Of a DNA stretch of 64,000 nt, positions 8,846-17,700 are shown one piece after another. The notes under the pieces were generated by a model. That model was not told where the DNA came from, searched no databases, and was given only the letters and a program-made list of their open reading frames with translations. Position 1 is the first letter of the stretch. Every line of letters begins with the position of its first letter. The position numbers and the translations under genes were made by a program. Location: positions 717 through 64,716 of the forward strand of contig JBIOUJ010000262.1 of the NCBI GenBank assembly GCA_044867025.1. Reading direction: 5' to 3'. This DNA is from Pyrinomonadaceae bacterium. GTDB lineage: Bacteria > Acidobacteriota > Blastocatellia > Pyrinomonadales > Pyrinomonadaceae.

Positions 8846-9266
8846 GAGTCTCGGGCTTCACGCGAATGAGTAATGTGACTTGCAATGCGTTGTTTGGAGA
8901 ATTGAGAGTGCCGCCTAGTGAGATGCGCGGTCCGCGTAATACCACGTCACCTTCCCGCCTTTTATCCACGACATTGACAGCCTGAGGCGAAACCAAACTT
9001 CCGGTCGCATGTACGTCGACCACCGATAGTCCACTCAATTCGGCCGTTTGTGACTCGAAGACAGCCGAGATCTTGAAACTGCTATTTGAACGCACAAGCA
9101 AGGGCACGCGGATGACGGAAGGCTGAGCCTCGTCGCCCGACAACGTTATTCGCGTAACGGAAAGAGCGACGGTCTCGCTAACCGTGCCGGTCAGCGTGGC
9201 AGTTTGCGCGGCGCTACTCGCAGGCGCCAAAAACACCACTGCTATCAATATGAAGATCTGACGCAT
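8796..9266 (-). CDS. Putative fibre subunit, paralog 4 (short, opposite strand)
   Basis: The signal peptide is MRQIFILIAVVFLAPASSAAQ. The sequence continues TATLTGTVSETVALSV, and VPLLVRSNSSFKIS matches the VP(L/I)xLRSN block of paralogs 1-3. Its 3' end overlaps the chaperone-like ORF by 50 nt in convergent orientation. Confidence 0.6.
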   Translation of the reverse strand: MRQIFILIAVVFLAPASSAAQTATLTGTVSETVALSVTRITLSGDEAQPSVIRVPLLVRSNSSFKISAVFESQTAELSGLSVVDVHATGSLVSPQAVNVVDKRREGDVVLRGPRISLGGTLNSPNNALQVTLLIRVKPETLSGWTGHLTLAGSPTQ

Positions 9267-9292
9267 CGGGATTTCGCGAACTTATACCACTT

Positions 9293-11800
9293 ATGATGTT
9301 CACAAAAAAGCACAAAAGGCACATTTGGGTTGGTTTTACCTTGTTGTTCCTTTTGTGCCTTTTTGTGGCTCCGAGTGTAGTCGCAGATCCCTCGCAAGGA
9401 TCCGTAATCATCGTCAACGAGCGTGCACTCGTTGGCCCCAACAGCGCTGCACAATTACGTGGCGGACGCCTGTATCTTCCCGTCGCCACCATTGCCGAGG
9501 CTCTCGGCGACACGCTCAGCTCTGACGCGACGCAGCGTATCGTGACGGTTCGTCGCCAGAACGGCACGATCGCGGTTTTCAACGCTCCGCTGAATGAAGT
9601 GCGCGAGAACGGCGCTGTTATTCTCACCGTTTCTGGTACGGCCGACCTGGTCTTCCCGCCAACGCCGTACGACTTGATGCTCCCTGCCGAGATCGTTGCC
9701 GCACTTCTCGACGTGACTGTCCGGCGGGACGAAAACCAGGCCATCGTTGTTGCGCGCAAAGGTCTAAAAGCCGAGACGGTTCGCACGGGCGATAAACACG
9801 TGCGTTTCGAACTCTTCCAACTCGAGTACGACTACAACTTCACTCGTTACAGTTCGGCCGGCGATCACAGTCTGGTGCTTCGCGGCACCGGTCGTGTCGG
9901 CGACGCAAGGTTGACGTTCATCGCTAACTCGGCGATCGGTGTGACGCAGAATTCGTCTCGCCCGAGTTTGCAGGGGGGGACCGTCAGACTTGACCGGCCG
10001 AATGGTCAGAGCTTCGTCGGCGGCGAGTTTGGTACTGGCACAGACGTAGAATTCCTGGGGGCGGCCGTACGCGGCGGGTTGGTCCAATTGCCTTTCGATC
10101 GCGTGCGACTGGATTTCTTCGGCGGGCAAACAACTTCCGGAATACCGGAGTTCGATCCAACTGCTGTCTTACGTCCGCTTTCAGCCCTTGCCGTCCGCTA
10201 CGACACAAAACTCTTTGGGGCGATCGCAACCACTGCGACACACGCTCCACGACACCGTGACTTCACGTTCTCGGCTGGCGGTATGCACTTCGGCGGCTCG
10301 AGTCGCAGAGGAGACTTGTTCGCCGGTGGCGTCAAGTACGTTTCGGCTTTTAATCGTTTTCAAGCTGATGTCGCGACGGGCCAGTTCTCAGGTATTAATC
10401 GCCACGGTACTCAAACAGATGGCACCGGCATGGCGATCAATCTCGCCGGGTCTTATCGCTTGTTCGAGCAGGTGGTCCTGCAAGGTCGTTATACTCACGT
10501 CAGCGAAAACTTTTTGAGTCCTCAATCCGGATTACACGATCCAACAAACTCTGCCGCAGCAAGCGTGAGCTGGCAGCCGAGACGATGGCTGACGGCAGCA
10601 CTCAGTGGAAGCACCGCGACCACACCGGGAAGGGCTGAACAATTCAATCGCTACGTAACCGCAACCGTAAATCTCACGCCGGACAATTCGTGGCCGTCTC
10701 TCTTTATCTCTCACACGCAGAGCGGCACGACACACTTGAGAAGCTCTGCGTTCACGTTGATCACGGCCACGAAAAAATTTGATCGCTGGCAATTATTTGT
10801 GAACGGCGCGCGTGTTAAGACATTCGGGAATGCGGATCTCAACCTGCAAGCCGGTGGGAACATCCGCATCAATGACTCAAATGCACTCGAGGTGAGCCAG
10901 TCGGTAGGCAGTCGCGGGCTTCTCAGTGGCATAGCGACGTGGCAGGTATCAAACTTACTGCGTCACCATGTCAGCTTCAGCGCAGGGCTGGGCTACACAC
11001 GAAGCAATTCCGCGCCGCTTTACACTTCGCAACACTTGTCAGCATTCGTTAAGTTGCCGCGGAACAACACACTGCAATTCAGTTACTTGCGAACGCAAAC
11101 CGGAACGACTGCACTGCTGACTTTGCACGGTTTGCTTTTCTCTCCCAAGCGCGGCGAGCGTGCGATCAATGGTCCACTCGCGGACTTGAATTCCTACGGC
11201 TCGGTATACGGCCGTGTTTACCAGGACGTGAACCTGAACGGGCGCTTTGATCCGGGTACAGATCAGCCACAGGCGAATGTGAACATCCGTGTCGACGGAA
11301 GCCGTTACGTGATATCAGATGTGAATGGCAATTTTCGGATTGAGAGCGTTGCGCGAGGTGAGCACACGGTCTATCTCGATCTGTTGTCCGTACGCGCTGA
11401 CCTGACGCTGCTGGACACAGTGCAGCAACTCATTACGATGGATTCGAGTCACGATCAGATCGTGAATTTTCGCGTCGTGCGCACAGGGCGAATCAGTGGG
11501 TTGGTGTGGCTTGATACAAATGAGAATGGACGTCTCGACGATGCGGAACGACCGTTAGCTGACGTGCGCGTCGTGACGGGCAGCGGCCGCGACACCTTAA
11601 CCGACGGAAATGGTTATTTCATCATCGGCGACCTGCCACCCGGCGAACACATCCTCTTGCTGGACGAGAAGACAATGCCCGAACGAACCACATCCGTCGC
11701 GGGCTCCCAAACCATCAAAGTCACGGGAGGCAACGAAACCACGACCACCTTCCCCGTCGCCCCCCTCCCCGACCAGATAAAAAAATTCCCGCGAGAGTAG
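9293..11800 (+). CDS. Large secreted or outer-membrane protein, candidate usher analogue
   Basis: The signal peptide is MMFTKKHKRHIWVGFTLLFLLCLFVAPSVVA. The N-terminal domain resembles a copper-amine-oxidase N-terminal-like fold (RGGRLYLPVATIAEALGDTL...IVTVRRQNGT). About 500 aa of alternating-polarity, beta-barrel-like sequence follow. Two C-terminal SdrD-B / carboxypeptidase-regulatory-like domains are present (VYQDVNLNGRFDPGTDQP...DVNGNFRIESVARGEHTVYLD and VWLDTNENGRLDDAERP...DGNGYFIIGDLPPGEHILLLD). Confidence 0.55.
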   Translation: MMFTKKHKRHIWVGFTLLFLLCLFVAPSVVADPSQGSVIIVNERALVGPNSAAQLRGGRLYLPVATIAEALGDTLSSDATQRIVTVRRQNGTIAVFNAPLNEVRENGAVILTVSGTADLVFPPTPYDLMLPAEIVAALLDVTVRRDENQAIVVARKGLKAETVRTGDKHVRFELFQLEYDYNFTRYSSAGDHSLVLRGTGRVGDARLTFIANSAIGVTQNSSRPSLQGGTVRLDRPNGQSFVGGEFGTGTDVEFLGAAVRGGLVQLPFDRVRLDFFGGQTTSGIPEFDPTAVLRPLSALAVRYDTKLFGAIATTATHAPRHRDFTFSAGGMHFGGSSRRGDLFAGGVKYVSAFNRFQADVATGQFSGINRHGTQTDGTGMAINLAGSYRLFEQVVLQGRYTHVSENFLSPQSGLHDPTNSAAASVSWQPRRWLTAALSGSTATTPGRAEQFNRYVTATVNLTPDNSWPSLFISHTQSGTTHLRSSAFTLITATKKFDRWQLFVNGARVKTFGNADLNLQAGGNIRINDSNALEVSQSVGSRGLLSGIATWQVSNLLRHHVSFSAGLGYTRSNSAPLYTSQHLSAFVKLPRNNTLQFSYLRTQTGTTALLTLHGLLFSPKRGERAINGPLADLNSYGSVYGRVYQDVNLNGRFDPGTDQPQANVNIRVDGSRYVISDVNGNFRIESVARGEHTVYLDLLSVRADLTLLDTVQQLITMDSSHDQIVNFRVVRTGRISGLVWLDTNENGRLDDAERPLADVRVVTGSGRDTLTDGNGYFIIGDLPPGEHILLLDEKTMPERTTSVAGSQTIKVTGGNETTTTFPVAPLPDQIKKFPRE
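9301..9369. repeat. Repeat family E (GCCACAAAAAGGCACAAAA motif), an inverted pair inside the signal-peptide coding region
   Basis: cacaaaaaagcacaaaaggcaca (9301-9323) and ccttttgtgcctttttgtggc (9349-9369) are mutually inverted. They encode the KKHKRH n-region and LLCLFVA h-region of the 835-aa protein. Confidence 0.7.
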
Positions 11801-11880
11801 CTGGAATCACGATCGAAACTGTTTCAAGGGTTCAGTGAGTTTCGTGTGGGCCAATGTCAAAAGATTCCGCAGATGTTCGG

Positions 11881-11909
11881 TTGCTTGTTTAAGAGTGCTA
11901 CTTTAGTAT
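11881..11909 (+). promoter_or_regulatory. Candidate promoter of the TA operon (near-leaderless)
   Basis: TTGCTT (11881-11886), a 17-nt spacer, then TAGTAT (11904-11909). The ATG of the antitoxin is at 11916, 7 nt after the -10 box. Confidence 0.35.
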
Positions 11910-11915
11910 TACTCT

Positions 11916-12173
11916 ATGCGAACCGAACTCGTTACCACTCTTAAGCGCCAAGCCACGGAACTCCTAAACCAACTGGAGAAAGATCGAGAGCCGATCCTGA
12001 TCACACAGCATGGCGTTCCATCAGCGTACTTAGTCGATGTTGAGACGTTTGAAACCCTGCAACGTCGCATGGCATTGCTTGAAGGTATTGCTCGTGGCGA
12101 AAAAGCTGTTGAAGAAGGCCGCTCCCTCACACACAAGCAGGCAAAGCGACGGATGGCTAGATGGCTGAAGTAA
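11916..12173 (+). CDS. Type II antitoxin, Phd/YefM family
   Basis: 85 aa: MRTELVTTLKRQATELLNQLEKDREPILITQHGVPSAYLVDVETFETLQ. This is the typical Phd/YefM N-terminal fold signature. It overlaps the downstream toxin gene by 13 nt. Confidence 0.85.
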   Translation: MRTELVTTLKRQATELLNQLEKDREPILITQHGVPSAYLVDVETFETLQRRMALLEGIARGEKAVEEGRSLTHKQAKRRMARWLK

Positions 12174-12478
12174 TCTGGGCCGAGCCTGCGCTCAGCGATC
12201 TTGATGCCATTGCCGACTACATCGCGTTGGATAATCCCGTGGCCGCACGCGGGCTGGTCCAACGGATCTTCGAGCACGTTGGCCATCTTGAAAGCCACCC
12301 GAAGCTAGGCTCAAAGCCCCCGGAACTCAAAGGCTGGCGTTATCGCCAGATTGTCGAGCCGCCATGTCGCATCTTCTACCGCGAGGATTCTGGCCGAGTC
12401 TTAATACTTCACGTCATGCGATCTGAACGATTGCTGAGGCCGGAGTTACTCAGCCAGCTAGACGAAAGTGGCTCATAA
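12161..12478 (+). CDS. Type II toxin, RelE/ParE superfamily (ParE-like)
   Basis: 105 aa: VIWAEPALSDLDAIADYIALDNPVAARGLVQRIFEHVGHLESHPKLG...YRQIVEPPCRIFYREDSGRVLILHVMRSER. This matches the ParE/RelE consensus layout. Confidence 0.85.
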   Translation: MAEVIWAEPALSDLDAIADYIALDNPVAARGLVQRIFEHVGHLESHPKLGSKPPELKGWRYRQIVEPPCRIFYREDSGRVLILHVMRSERLLRPELLSQLDESGS

Positions 12479-12510
12479 TAACCGTGGTAGGCATCATTGA
12501 AGCTTATATG

Positions 12511-12540
12511 AAAAAGGCCACTCGTAATGAGTGGCCTTTG
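12511..12540. terminator. Bidirectional rho-independent terminator between convergent genes
   Basis: aaaaaggccactc-gtaat-gagtggcctttg: an 8-bp GC-rich stem (12516-12523 / 12529-12536) flanked by an A-run and a T-run. It sits between the ParE stop (12478) and the esterase stop (12569). Confidence 0.7.
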
Positions 12541-12568
12541 TAGTCCGTTCTTGACACTTCTGACGAAG

Positions 12569-13792
12569 CTACTGCTTCTTCGTCGCTTGAGCCTCTTTTA
12601 ATTTCGCGTGGGCGCGTTCGTAGTTGGCCTTAAAGGTCGTAAAGGCTGGATCGTTGTTTTGTTCACCGAGGGTCCGCGCCTTATCGTAGAGCGGTTCCGC
12701 GAGCTCGATTCGCCCGCCGCGCTCATACGCTTCAGCAAGACTGTCGTAAACGTTCGCCGAGCCTGGATAACGTTCGATGTTCGTCTTGAAGACCGCGATC
12801 GCTTCTTCCGGTTTGCCGGCGCCGAGCAACTGGTAACCCACCTGGTTGATCAGGTTCTCGGGCGTCGGAATCGAATAGCCGAATTTCTCGCTCAACTTTT
12901 TGTAATGCTCGTCGATGCCCTTCAAGCCGCCGCTGAGCGCTCCGGTCTGAGGATCTCTCGGAGCTTGCCAACCTTCATAGATCTTTCGTAGTCCAAAATA
13001 ATGACTGCGCAGCACCACTGAACCATGATCTTCGTCAGACATGCGCTCAGCTTGCCATTCGAAACCCTTGATGTTCGTCTTCGAAAGCACTTCTTTAAAG
13101 AGATCGAAGTTCTCTGAGATTCCGCCCTGCTCGTTACCCAGTGACACAAACAGCGCCACGTTCTTCATTTCCTTCGTGTTCTTCAAGAAGTCTTCGGCGC
13201 GTTTCAACGTCTCACCGTTTTCCCATTGCAGCGAAGGACTGACCGCAACGTAGGAATTGAAGAGTCCGGGCTTGCTGATCATCGCGTGGATTGCGAAGAG
13301 CCCGCCGAGCGAGTGTCCGGCGAGAATGCGATACGGGTGAACTCGATATTGCTTCTCGATCTCAGGAATGAGCTCAGTCTCGAAGAACTTCAGAAAATTG
13401 TCTGAACCGCCACTCGTTGGAAATTGCAGTTCGCCGGCCGGGTTTTTGTTGGTCGACTTCGTTGGCGTCAGATCTCTTGTGCGGTCAGTGTTGGTGACGC
13501 CGACAACGATCAGATCCGAGACACGACCGTTCCGCGTCAGGAAGTCAATCGTGGCCGCCGTGTGGCCCATGTGTGCATCGCCATCGGTCATGTAGAGTAC
13601 GGGATAGCTAACCTTGTTCGCCTCATAGCCAACCGGAGTACGCACCAATATGGTCCTCTCTTCGCCCAGCACTGCTGATTTGAGCTTGAGTGTTTTTACG
13701 TTGCCTGTGATGCTTGGTTGTGCGATTGCGGCAGTTGCGATCAACAACAGGAGAGCAACGCAGGAGAGCAGACGAGTCAGATGAGTAGTCAT
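12569..13792 (-). CDS. Secreted alpha/beta-hydrolase (esterase family) with a C-terminal TPR-like tail
   Basis: The signal peptide is MTTHLTRLLSCVALLLLIATAAIA. The nucleophile elbow is GHSLGG. The core resembles a putative esterase or enterochelin-esterase (YPVLYMTDGD). The C-terminus has TPR-like helices (YPGSANVYDSLAEAYERGGRIELAEPLYDKA). Confidence 0.75.
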   Translation of the reverse strand: MTTHLTRLLSCVALLLLIATAAIAQPSITGNVKTLKLKSAVLGEERTILVRTPVGYEANKVSYPVLYMTDGDAHMGHTAATIDFLTRNGRVSDLIVVGVTNTDRTRDLTPTKSTNKNPAGELQFPTSGGSDNFLKFFETELIPEIEKQYRVHPYRILAGHSLGGLFAIHAMISKPGLFNSYVAVSPSLQWENGETLKRAEDFLKNTKEMKNVALFVSLGNEQGGISENFDLFKEVLSKTNIKGFEWQAERMSDEDHGSVVLRSHYFGLRKIYEGWQAPRDPQTGALSGGLKGIDEHYKKLSEKFGYSIPTPENLINQVGYQLLGAGKPEEAIAVFKTNIERYPGSANVYDSLAEAYERGGRIELAEPLYDKARTLGEQNNDPAFTTFKANYERAHAKLKEAQATKKQ

Positions 13793-14240
13793 AGTTCAAC
13801 TCCAAAAAAGTGAATTAATCTCCACCGAAAGTGTGGCAACGCAGCTTGGGGAGGCGGTGATAGTACTAGATTTGCTCATGAATTAGAAGGAATCCCGTAT
13901 TGAATCAGATCCGGAATGTTTGGTCGTAGCGGATCACTTCCGGAATTGGTCCATGCTTGTCAGAACTTGAGGGGCCGATAACTGACCTCTGGTGAATTGT
14001 ATATAGGATGTCGGAAGTCCTGTGTGGGACTGCGCGGGCCCTGTTGGACACTGATGGAGTTACTATCAGGTTTCACCAGAGGACGTATTGGACCACAACA
14101 AACCCTGATAGGGCCTCGTCGACCCCAGATATCCTTAGGCAGATCCCAGAAGCTCCTTGAGAGAAGAAAAAAGCAATTTGGCGGCGGAAATTAGGGATGC
14201 AGCGGATCCCAGAGATGGTCCACACAAATACTCACGCAAG

Positions 14241-14288
14241 GGCGCAAAGACGCAAAGGTCTTCGTAATTCCTTTGCGACCTTTGCGCC
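14241..14288. repeat. Imperfect GCAAAGG-unit hairpin, a candidate terminator of the 71-aa ORF
   Basis: ggcgcaaagacgcaaagg (14241-14258) pairs with cctttgcgacctttgcgcc (14270-14288), with one bulge. It lies about 40 nt downstream of the minus-strand stop at 14331. Confidence 0.35.
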
Positions 14289-14330
14289 TCTGCTCGTTAT
14301 CTTCCCGGGAGATCATCTTTCACTAGTTTG

Positions 14331-14546
14331 TTACGGGTCGAGGTTGTCGAAGTTGCTTCCTCCGGCATCGACGCGGCGCACCAGTTCGGGTAGGCAAGGG
14401 TCATTTATTTCCAAACCGTAGCGGATCAAGCCTCGGATTCGGGCATCGATGGATTTGTCTCTTATGACTGACTGAGCACGTCGCTTGACTGCGTCGCTGA
14501 TGTAAGGTGTTTCTTCGCGCGTTGTTGCGCTACTATGACTGGCCAT
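14331..14546 (-). CDS. Hypothetical 71-aa protein, divergent from the WD40-Roc-phosphoesterase gene
   Basis: This is track ORF 14331-14642. The internal ATG at 14546 is preceded by gaaagga at good spacing, giving MASHSSATTREETPYISDAVKRRAQSVIRDKSIDARIRGLIRYGLEINDPCLPELVRRVDAGGSNFDNLDP. I recognise no family. Confidence 0.4.
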   Translation of the reverse strand: MASHSSATTREETPYISDAVKRRAQSVIRDKSIDARIRGLIRYGLEINDPCLPELVRRVDAGGSNFDNLDP

Positions 14547-14729
14547 GATCGTCATCCTTTCTCGGAAGGTTGATGGTCTAGGGTCGATTTTGTGTGTCAC
14601 CACAAGTCGGCCCGCTTCGTTTTGTTGATGGGTTGAGCGCACTATACCACAACTTGCAGTGCGCCGTTTCTCCTTTCTCCCTTTCCGACTTAGACCAAAT
14701 CAACGAGCTTGAGACCGAGAGAGAAGCAG

Positions 14730-17700
14730 ATGCCAAAGAAGAAGAAAGAGTCGCAGCAGCAACAAAACGTGCAGACAGCGAGTAGCCCAGATCCTCCCCT
14801 ACAGCTAAGACATACATTGCGAGGACATAGGCGTAATGTTTACAGGATGGCCCTGTCACCCGATGGTGAGACTTTGGCGTCATCTTCAAATGACAACACC
14901 GTTCGCCTTTGGGATTTGGAGACTGGGCGACTTCTGAAAACCCTTGACCATGAATCAACTGTTGTCTGCGTATGCTGGTCTCCAGATAGCAAGACATTGG
15001 CGACAGGTGGTAGGCGCCATAATAAGAGGGTGTCTCTCTGGGACGTTGTAACAGGAAAATACATTCGGATTCTGGAAGGGCATGACGAAATTGTCAACGA
15101 TGTTGCTTGGTCTCCGGACGGGAACATTCTGGCATCTTGTTCCCGGGATCAGACGGTCCTGCTGTGGGAGGCAGCGAGTGGATTCCCGAGAAAACTCAAA
15201 GGGCACTCAGGCGATGTCTTCAGCGTTGTGTGGTCGCCGGACAGCAAACGACTCTGTTCCGGGTCGTGGGACCATACCGTCAAGCTGTGGGATGCGGTGG
15301 GCGGCAAAGAGATCCGAACGCTCAAAGGACACAAGCAAGACGTGAATACAGTGGCATGGTCACCCAACGGTCACTACATAGCATCGGGGTCAGATGACCA
15401 CACTGTCCGCATCTGGGATGCCGAAACCGGGCAGCAGCAATACGTTCTGGAAGGTCACACGGCTCGCGTTGTTTCAGTTTCGTTTTTAGACAGCGGGCGC
15501 TTGCTGTGCTCATTGGCTATGAATGGTGCGGTGATCTTCTGGCCAACTGATACCTGGGCTCAAGTCGCACGAACAACTCTTAAGGGTAACAATTATTGGA
15601 TGTGCAACTTAGCGTGTCTTCCTGCTTTAACCTCAATAGCAGCAGTTAGCGAGAACCTGAACGAGATAGATATCTGGGAGCTAAATCTGAGCATTTTGCG
15701 CGGCGCGGAACAAGCTACTCCCACCGTCTTCTATGTGAACGCCAAAGCCGTCTTGCTGGGTGAGAGTAGCGTTGGTAAGTCAGGGCTAGGCATTCGTATT
15801 GCCGAAGGGGAGTTTCGCAGAACTGAATCGACACACGGCGCCCAGTTCTGGCATTTCCCTACAGAGCGCTTGCCTGCGCTGCCGCCTAACGTGCAAGCCG
15901 AGTTGACGCTGTGGGACTTGGCCGGTCAACCAGAATATCGCCTGACCCATCAACTCTTCCTCGACGACACAGACGCGGCGTTATTGCTATTCGACTGCGC
16001 CGATCCAAACGATCCATTTCGCGGTGTACCTTACTGGGCGAAAGTGCTCAAGAAGCATGCTCCGCCGCATGCCAAAAAGTTCCTGATCTCCGCCCGTTGT
16101 GACGTTAGCCCAGTTACGGTGGATCGTCTGACGATCAACCGGACGCTGGCCATGCATACACTGGACGAATATTTCAAGACTAGCGCAAAAACCGGTGAAG
16201 GCGTGGAACCGCTCTTTCATCGCCTGATGAATGAGATTCCCTGGGACAAACTGCCGCGCACCAGCACGCCTAGATTGTTCCAAGTGGTGCGAGAGTATCT
16301 GCTTGAGCGTAAGCAAGGAGACGCGAACCTGATGAGCATGGAAGAAGTTCACCAGGCGGTGGCGGCACGTTTTACCGAGCGTAGGGCCATGCAGGAGGAG
16401 TTGGACACGGTCGTCCAGTTATTACAGAGCCGCGGACTGGTCTTCCGACTTGATCCTCGCCCATCCGTGACGTTGGTCCTGCTTAAGCCGGAAAGGATCA
16501 ATCAATACGGCGGCTCGATAATCCAAGCAGCCCGGAATCATCCAGATGGGATCGGAGCCGTTGTGGAACGAGACGTGCTGACTGGCAATATTGCCTTCAC
16601 GGGCTTTGAGCGTCTAAGGCAAGACGAAGAGGCACTTGTGCTCGAAGGAACCGTTGAACTGCTGATTCGCCACGACTTGGGTTTCCGCGAGATGGGTTAC
16701 CTTGTCTTCCCGAGCCAGATCAACGTGACACGCCGGTCTCCAGACGAAGCGCATCCCCGCACTGAGGTGGCCTACCGTTTTTCGGGGGGCATCGAGACGA
16801 TTTATGCTTCGCTGGTGGTGCGTCTGAGTTACACGGATTATTTTCGGCGCGAGGATCAATGGAAACATGCAGTCGAGTTTTCGCGCGGTGGCAACCGGCT
16901 CGGGTTTTCGATGCGGCAGGTGGAAGAAGGCACAGGTGAGTTAGAGATTTATTTTCAACCGGGAGTGAGCGCGTTTGATCGTGTAACGTTTATTAGGTTT
17001 GTTACCGATCACCTGCGCACCAAGGGCATCGATATTCACGAACAAATTCGGCTTTATTGCCCCAAGTGTTCCAAGGAAGTCACCAATCGTGAAGCTATTG
17101 AAGCGCGCGTCCGCGATGGAAAGCTGGACATCCCCTGCCAATTTTGCGATACGGCGGTTGTGATTCCTACGAGTGTCGAGGAGATCTATCGGCGTGATCC
17201 CTCGCTGGGCAAGAAACAGAAGCAACTGGCTGAGACCGTCGAGCAACGCACGGAGTTAGAGGTCAAACAGTTCCGCGCCGACCAGCAGCAATACACGGCA
17301 ACTGAAGATCACCGAATTCACATGCTGCACCTGTCGGATCTCCATTGTGAAAATGGGACGTTCGCTGGTGTTTGGCGAACACAACTGGAAAGTGATCTCA
17401 TCCAGGAACTCGGCGTTCGTCGTCTCAAGTATCTGATCATCTCTGGCGACATTGCCAACCGCTCGACAGAGAAGGAATACGACGCCGCTTTTTCGATGGT
17501 GGACGGATTGGTGAAGCGGTTCGGGTTGGATGCCAGCCGGGTTGTGATCGTGCCCGGCAATCACGACCTGAATTGGGATCTATCTGAAGAAGCCTATCGG
17601 TTTGTCGCGAAACGCAAGCTACCTACTCCGTTACCGGAAGATCGCTGTATCTCAGCCGGGGACGCTGGTGCGTTGCTTCGTGATGACACTCTGTATCGCG

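Noticed and set aside
8796-9369. Possibility that the opposite-strand subunit paralog is an invertible (phase-variable, shufflon-like) cassette.
   Set aside because: I found no inverted repeats bracketing the segment and no recombinase gene in the window. The only inverted pair (9301-9369) lies entirely on one side.
13806-14330. A 525-bp gene-free stretch screened for tRNA or ncRNA. It includes the hairpin ctatcaggttt...aaaccctgatag at about 14060-14110 and track ORFs 13997-14194 and 14197-14421.
   Set aside because: There is no tRNA T-loop or anticodon-arm architecture and no recognisable riboswitch or RNase P/tmRNA/SRP motif. The ORFs are short, basic and partly made of the GCAAAGG hairpin. 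I leave the stretch as unexplained spacer rather than calling an RNA.
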